Positions 58,647 to 64,000 of a stretch of DNA of 64,000 nucleotides are shown one piece after another. Position 1 is the stretch's first letter. Each line of letters starts with the position of its first letter. A program made the position numbers and the translations under genes. The stretch covers positions 4,896,001 to 4,960,000 of the forward strand of contig OZ242311.1 of the NCBI GenBank assembly GCA_965207885.1, given 5' to 3'. The notes below the pieces were generated by a model. The model made no database searches. It was not told where the DNA came from and saw nothing but the letters and a program-made list of their open reading frames with translations. The DNA comes from Candidatus Latescibacterota bacterium. Its GTDB lineage: Bacteria > Latescibacterota > UBA2968.

Positions 58647-61562
58647 TTATTTGACGCCAGATGGCCTGGCTGTGTTCCTGTCGCGTTGGAGCAATTCTGG
58701 ATGCAGGCGATAAAATATCGCTTCTATCTGCTTCAGACCCTCTGCTTGCACCACAAAACGCCCATCGATTACGACAGTCGGTGATCTTGTCGGTATCACG
58801 CCCAGTGCTCGAGCAGTGGCGTGTATTTCTGTTCTGTTGTCTGTTCCGCTGACGTCAATGCCCATCTGTTTTAAGCAGTTTACTACAGAAGATGTGTCGG
58901 AAGTAGTCTTCTGTTTGTGGCATAATAGCGCGTCAACTATCCGCTCTGGAGCGGTCTGTTGTGCCTGCCGAAATAGCGCGTTTTGTTTGTCATTGCCCAC
59001 AAAATGCAGGCGTAAGCGCTCGGGTGCATTAACTTTTTTGCCCCATTGCAAGAGTCGTTCTGCTATTTGTAGTGCTGGAGACACACTAACATCCATAAAC
59101 AGGTCCATACCATCTAATTTCTGGCCTTGAAAAACCCGCGCAATGGGTGTCAATAGCACAGTTGGTACAAAATGATCGCCAACGCGCTGCATCAGGTGTG
59201 CAAACCGATTAAAATGGGCTGTTTTCTCAAATTCATTATTCAGCACATAAGCTGGCACCCGATCCAGCCTATAACGCGCAATCAGGTTCTGTCCCATCTC
59301 GCTGTTCACATCTACGGTTTGGAACTCAGCACCGGGAAAGAGCGATAGTGTGGATCGAATAAACGAATATGTATCACACACTGCACAGGTCGCGTCGTTG
59401 AGAATGGCCGTTTGAAAGGAAATGGGATCGCGCACTTCGCATTGCGCGCGCGGTGTTCCGCCGTTTAAGCACAGGCCAACTTTGCCCGTATGTACACAAT
59501 CCCGATCGCTGATGCACTCGGGAACATCGGCGCAAAAGGGTAAATTTTTATTGTTGCGACAGATGAACTGCGCCACCTCAGGAGAAGAAGTTTTGACATC
59601 GCGCCCATTTACGCGCAATGTGGGCGATGCGTTGATCCCCAGCAGATTGGCTCTGCGAATATTTTCGGCAAATAATGCTTCACCCGCATCGCTTTCGGAC
59701 AACTCGGCGATTTTGTCTGTGTTCATGTTCACCTGTGTTGCACAAACGCGCCAATCGGTTGCAATGCCCGATTTATTGCGACACAAAATGTAATCCCAGA
59801 ACCGATCGGGATAAAGCGACATCACAACGGTTTGTCGAATGCCTTCGGCTATTTCTCTATCGCCGTGTAAACTGCGAAAGCGACCCGATCCCGTCGAGGT
59901 CGTCGCCTGACATCCCGGCTGTGTTGTCCGTGTCGTGCGTGCGGCAGGAGGAGGCGATGCGTCATGCTTTGCACTTGCTTCGTCTGCGATAAAATACAGA
60001 TGAAAGTCGATTTGATCCCTCAGTTTGCGAAACAGAGGGGCAAGGGTTTGTTCTGCATGTATGCCATAGGGACAATCTGCCATCACAAATAGCTCGACGA
60101 GGGGGCGACCATTTTGGCTCTGCCCTGTTTCACCGTGCCCTGTGTCCAATTTGGTTATTGCGTGCGAAGAGCCGTGCCCCTTGTGATTCACTTCTGCCAG
60201 CATATCAGCAAATCGGGTGTCAAAGTCGGGCGTCTGGTTTGCATCGTGACAGCGCTGGCACAAATCGGGAGATGGCGTGCGGCGAATATTGCGGGTTTCT
60301 GGACGCCGAGCGTGTTGTTCTCCCGGTCCGTGGCACACTTCGCATTGCACATTTGTAAGCCGTTTGACATCTTTGCCAATTTTGAACCCCGTGGGATATC
60401 CAAATCCCGTTGTATGACACGTTACGCAGTCGGGCTGATAGTGTTTTTGTTTTTGCAACAAGCGATTAAATGCATTTGCATGATGCGACTGTTCCCAGTC
60501 TGCTACCTCGGCAGCGTGACATCCTTTACACGTTTCTACCCCGACATATCTATTGGTGCCCTGACGCACCTGATCTTCCAGTGCAAATCCCGCAAATCTC
60601 GGTCGCGCTGTCTGCTGCAACGCCGAATTTTTTTGAACCAGATTGTAGAATTCATCCACGAGCCGCTTTACTGTGCGGTCTTCGCCAATGGATTCTGAGA
60701 GCAATACAGAGGTGATTTTTTCTGCTGTCACCCGTCCATTTTCTACGTTTAAGATCGCCTGTCCAATTGCCTTGCCCTGAGGCTGGATGCCCAGCAACAG
60801 GGTATTGCCGATCCGATGGGTTGTCTCGGTAGATCGCGTGCTGATCACGATATCTATATCGGCGATATTTTGTACGAGGTCGCGTTCTGTCTCTCGATCC
60901 AAATCGCTCAATACAACTATGAGATCGGTCTTTTGACGCACAGATGCGACCGCTTCCTGGATGCCATCGAGTTTAACATCTATGCCATCGGGCATATTTA
61001 TGTGTGAGGTACCTGCCCCCATTGCCATACCGTGTACTTCAATGTCCCGTTCACCCGCCACACCTATGATACCTACGCGCACATCGCCCGCGTCCAGAAT
61101 TCGTACGGGTGCCCCCATTTGCACATCGTTTATCTTCAAGTTTGCACTTACAAAAGGGACGCCGATCGAATCGCGCATGGTTTCAAAGAACGCTTGTCCA
61201 AATCGCAATTCTCCCACACCGATATTGGCGGCGTCGTAATGGATGGCTTTCATGGCTTTCAAATGTATTTTGCAACGCAATTGGTCCAATACAGTATCGC
61301 CTGCAAATAGACCGCCGGCATCTAATAACAGGGCATTGGGATACGATCGCTTTAAGTCATTTACCATTGTCGCACGCCGCGCAATGCCGCCGAGCTGATT
61401 GTCCGCACAACCACACACTTCCAGAAAACTCTGTGTGTCTCCTGTATAAAGCAATACTACTTCCGCCGCTCTACTTTGCCCGATGAGACAAAAGACAGCT
61501 AATAGGAGACACAAAACGAAGGGAGATCTTTCACAATCCCATCTGTGTTCATCTGTGTTCAT
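58647..61562 (-). CDS. Exported multidomain protein: UshA-like metallophosphoesterase + tetraheme cytochrome c (c554-like) + thioredoxin/DsbA-like domains
   Basis: YTGD....LEVCGC...LGGIARR, DAG, SAN; CKGCH, CVTCH, CEVCH, CQRCH; ELFVMADCPYG, SLHG..E, SPTL; Cys-rich CISDRDC..C..C; CAVC. Start uncertain. Confidence 0.85.
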   Translation of the reverse strand: MNTDEHRWDCERSPFVLCLLLAVFCLIGQSRAAEVVLLYTGDTQSFLEVCGCADNQLGGIARRATMVNDLKRSYPNALLLDAGGLFAGDTVLDQLRCKIHLKAMKAIHYDAANIGVGELRFGQAFFETMRDSIGVPFVSANLKINDVQMGAPVRILDAGDVRVGIIGVAGERDIEVHGMAMGAGTSHINMPDGIDVKLDGIQEAVASVRQKTDLIVVLSDLDRETERDLVQNIADIDIVISTRSTETTHRIGNTLLLGIQPQGKAIGQAILNVENGRVTAEKITSVLLSESIGEDRTVKRLVDEFYNLVQKNSALQQTARPRFAGFALEDQVRQGTNRYVGVETCKGCHAAEVADWEQSHHANAFNRLLQKQKHYQPDCVTCHTTGFGYPTGFKIGKDVKRLTNVQCEVCHGPGEQHARRPETRNIRRTPSPDLCQRCHDANQTPDFDTRFADMLAEVNHKGHGSSHAITKLDTGHGETGQSQNGRPLVELFVMADCPYGIHAEQTLAPLFRKLRDQIDFHLYFIADEASAKHDASPPPAARTTRTTQPGCQATTSTGSGRFRSLHGDREIAEGIRQTVVMSLYPDRFWDYILCRNKSGIATDWRVCATQVNMNTDKIAELSESDAGEALFAENIRRANLLGINASPTLRVNGRDVKTSSPEVAQFICRNNKNLPFCADVPECISDRDCVHTGKVGLCLNGGTPRAQCEVRDPISFQTAILNDATCAVCDTYSFIRSTLSLFPGAEFQTVDVNSEMGQNLIARYRLDRVPAYVLNNEFEKTAHFNRFAHLMQRVGDHFVPTVLLTPIARVFQGQKLDGMDLFMDVSVSPALQIAERLLQWGKKVNAPERLRLHFVGNDKQNALFRQAQQTAPERIVDALLCHKQKTTSDTSSVVNCLKQMGIDVSGTDNRTEIHATARALGVIPTRSPTVVIDGRFVVQAEGLKQIEAIFYRLHPELLQRDRNTARPSGVK

Positions 61563-61570
61563 CTGTGGTT
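61540..61570. repeat. 10-bp tandem repeat (CATCTGTGTT)2-CATCTGTGGTT
   Basis: Read directly; overlaps the apparent start codon (MNTDEHR) of the multiheme gene. Confidence 0.8.
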
Positions 61571-61589
61571 GCTTTCTGAATTTACCTTG

Positions 61590-61619
61590 AAAAAAAGGCC
61601 CGATAAGAATATCGGGCCT
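61590..61619 (-). terminator. Intrinsic terminator after lepB
   Basis: On the - strand: AGGCCCGATA-TTCT-TATCGGGCCT-TTTTTT. Confidence 0.8.
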
Positions 61620-61640
61620 CACAGATACCATTTTTTTGGG

Positions 61641-62306
61641 TTATTCCAACAAGCCCAACCTGCTCCAACGGATTTTTTCAAAAATATTCCACAGAGGCTT
61701 TTGGCTATCCCAGGAATAATAAATAAATAATGGGTGGGCTTTTACTTTTTCCAGGGAGACCATCCCCCAAAATCGGCTGTCGTAACTGCTGTCGCGATTG
61801 TCTCCCATCGCAAAAAAGTGTCCCGGTGGCACTGTGCGAGGTCCGTAGTTGTCTCGTGGGCTATGCTGTTTGTGTTCTACTCTGGGGTCTTCGTGCTTAA
61901 CGCCTTCTGGATTCTCAAATCGCTTTCCATCTACATATACAATTTTGTTTTTGATTTCCACTGTCTGCCCTTCAACCGCAATACACCGCTTGATAAAATC
62001 GCGCGACTCATCCCGGGGAAATTCAAAAATCACCAGATCTCCCGGTTGAGGGGTTGAAAATCCCGGTACGCGAAATGAGGGCAATTTAGTGTTCAGAATC
62101 GGCACACGGTCGGGTATTTGCGTGCCGAAGGTCAGTTTATCACCCAGTACATAATCGCCTTCTAATAGCGTATCTTCCATCGATCCCGAGGGAATGTGAT
62201 ACGCTTGTACAAGCGTCCCCCGGATCAAAATGGCTAAAAATATGGCGATTCCAAATTCTCGCAAGTTACTCCGTTTTCGCTTCTTTTTATTCTTTCTCTT
62301 TAGCAT
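61641..62306 (-). CDS. lepB: Signal peptidase I
   Basis: IPSGSM, GD, FIKRC, MGDNRDSSYDSRFWG. Confidence 0.95.
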   Translation of the reverse strand: MLKRKNKKKRKRSNLREFGIAIFLAILIRGTLVQAYHIPSGSMEDTLLEGDYVLGDKLTFGTQIPDRVPILNTKLPSFRVPGFSTPQPGDLVIFEFPRDESRDFIKRCIAVEGQTVEIKNKIVYVDGKRFENPEGVKHEDPRVEHKQHSPRDNYGPRTVPPGHFFAMGDNRDSSYDSRFWGMVSLEKVKAHPLFIYYSWDSQKPLWNIFEKIRWSRLGLLE

Positions 62307-62384
62307 AGTCCTTCCATTGTGGTGAGTTGTCGGTTATACTGTGTCGTGCCCTGCAAGGGCGGTAACTGATCTGGCTGCTTTCTT

Positions 62385-63362
62385 TCAACGATTTTGCGAA
62401 AAATAAGTTCGTTCGGGTTGGCCTGTTTCAGCAGATTTGTTTGCCGCGAGCGAAATATCGAGGCTGCGCAAACCGTCTTCAAAGTCAGACAAGATTCCCG
62501 ATCCATCTCCCGAACGAATTGCTGCCATAAATACTTCGTCAATATCTTCCGATTCGAGCATTTCGCCGATCTCAGCTGCACTGCCTGGAAATACAGTTAC
62601 GCCATTTCCATCGACGGTCGCTCGCATATCGCGCATGATGATATCAATGCCATTTGAGCCACCGCCATTGCGGAGAACGCATGTGGAACTCAGCGTGCCC
62701 ACAGCACCCTTTTCAAATTTGAGCGATAGGGCATATACATCGGGGATATCGAGATTTTCGACATCGTTCAATGCGCGGGTGGCGTAATACGCGTGTACTT
62801 CTGCAACATCGCCCACGAGGTAACGCAATAAGTCGATCTGATGTGTGGTCTGTTCGACAATCTGCCCACCCGACTGCGCCATCACGCGCCACCACGGCGT
62901 GCCCGGCAAACCGCCCCAGCGATAGGCCAGGGCCATGGCGACGGTCTTGTCTTTTAAAAATTCACGCCCCTGTTTTGCCCATCCCGTATATCGCTGTTGA
63001 TAGCCCACAGATGTCAGCACACCCGATTTTTGAATGGCTTCCAGAATTTCCAATCCCTTTTCCATTGACGGCACTACGGGTTTTTCCAACAACATGTGTA
63101 CGCCCTGTTGCGCCGCCAAAATCTCTGCATCATAATGTGCAAATGTCGGCACGACCACATACATCGCGGTCAAATTTTCACTGTCCAGCATCACGCGATA
63201 GTCGGTATAAGCCGTGCCACCAAATTCCGAAGTTGCGCTTTGTGCGGTTTCTTCTTTTATGTCACAAATTGCAACGATCTCGACATCTTCTATATTGGCT
63301 AACGCGCGCATGTGCGACCGCGCACGCCCTCCAGCGCCCACAAAACCCACATTAATGCCCAT
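62385..63362 (-). CDS. Gfo/Idh/MocA oxidoreductase
   Basis: VGAGGRA, LEKP, VGYQ.RY, GGQIVEQTTHQIDL. Confidence 0.9.
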   Translation of the reverse strand: MGINVGFVGAGGRARSHMRALANIEDVEIVAICDIKEETAQSATSEFGGTAYTDYRVMLDSENLTAMYVVVPTFAHYDAEILAAQQGVHMLLEKPVVPSMEKGLEILEAIQKSGVLTSVGYQQRYTGWAKQGREFLKDKTVAMALAYRWGGLPGTPWWRVMAQSGGQIVEQTTHQIDLLRYLVGDVAEVHAYYATRALNDVENLDIPDVYALSLKFEKGAVGTLSSTCVLRNGGGSNGIDIIMRDMRATVDGNGVTVFPGSAAEIGEMLESEDIDEVFMAAIRSGDGSGILSDFEDGLRSLDISLAANKSAETGQPERTYFSQNR

Positions 63363-63460
63363 TTATATCCTCCATAGTATTCTTTTGTTCAAAAATAGAC
63401 TGCATGGCCAGAACTGTCAAGAGGCATGCTTTTTATTAAGCTGTGTTGTAACAAATTGTA

Positions 63461-64000
63461 TTATTTTTTTACCACTGGACCTGTAGGCGCCTCCTTGCTA
63501 TACAATGTACTACCTCGCTCGTAAGACGCGACGACTGAACCGTCGGCAATTTCCAATCTGGGTACGTTTTTTTCGAACACATCGCGGTCGGGGCCGCGCA
63601 TGACTGCCATCTGTTCATCGCTCATGCCCGAGACGAGATCGCCCCACCGTTTTTCCGAGTGGGTCAATTCTCCGCCGCTGCGATTGAAGTTGCGCGATGA
63701 GTATTTGTGCAAAATCCCCCGCCGCGAGATGTCGCTTTTCCACGCCAATGTGCCATGTGTGGTGCCGCCATCCATGAAGAAGAGCACGTCGCCCGCTTTC
63801 ATTTCGACGTGTTTTACCAATCCCATGTGGTCATCGCAGGTGCGCACGCCTGGGGGGAGTGAATAATACGCTTTGTGCGATCCCGGCACACACGCAAACC
63901 CACCGTCGGCTTCGGTCACGTCGCGCAATTGCCATGTCACAGTTACGGCTTCACAATAGCTTCGCCCATTTTGATAGATATATCCGCGCCCTGGATTGAG
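63461..64000 (-). CDS. PhyH family dioxygenase, 5'-truncated by the window edge
   Basis: Frame open to base 64000; WQLRD...DGGFACVPGSHK, GDVLFF, THGT, RR. Confidence 0.8.
   Translation of the reverse strand, partial: LNPGRGYIYQNGRSYCEAVTVTWQLRDVTEADGGFACVPGSHKAYYSLPPGVRTCDDHMGLVKHVEMKAGDVLFFMDGGTTHGTLAWKSDISRRGILHKYSSRNFNRSGGELTHSEKRWGDLVSGMSDEQMAVMRGPDRDVFEKNVPRLEIADGSVVASYERGSTLYSKEAPTGPVVKK

Noticed and set aside
61540-61570. Possible CRISPR array
   Set aside because: Only three adjacent 10-bp units, no spacers and no cas genes.
1-64000. Genome-wide UGA reassignment (genetic code 4 or 25)
   Set aside because: Many genes end properly at TGA (e.g. gltB, smc, rraA, several ATGA overlaps), Trp is encoded by TGG, and only one in-frame TGA was found.

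Overview
Gene-dense bacterial chromosomal window (about 50 CDSs). I saw no rRNA, tRNA, CRISPR array, integrase or transposase by eye. The left edge (1-3000) is an AT-richer accessory patch: the 3' part of an Upf1/DNA2-like SF1 helicase fused to a PLD nuclease and two topoisomerase-type Zn ribbons, a DUF932 gene, and an orphan antitoxin-like ORF. The housekeeping block is smc, moaA, a siroheme nitrite/sulfite reductase, a ferredoxin and gltBD; rraA, a TonB protein and lepB lie elsewhere. The rest is a large set of catabolic paralogues (3 sulfatases, 3 PhyH dioxygenases, 3 aldo-keto reductases, 2 enolase-superfamily enzymes, 2 Gfo/Idh/MocA, 2 SSS transporters). The main discovery is an AbgB/M20D-type amidohydrolase (29306-30628) split in the ORF track by a single in-frame TGA. 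The TGA sits exactly at the metal-bridging Cys of the GHG-C-GHNLLG motif and is followed by a SECIS-like hairpin, making this a candidate hydrolytic selenoenzyme. Also notable is a ~970-aa exported fusion of UshA-like, tetraheme c and thioredoxin-like domains. All product calls come from motif recognition; no database search was run.
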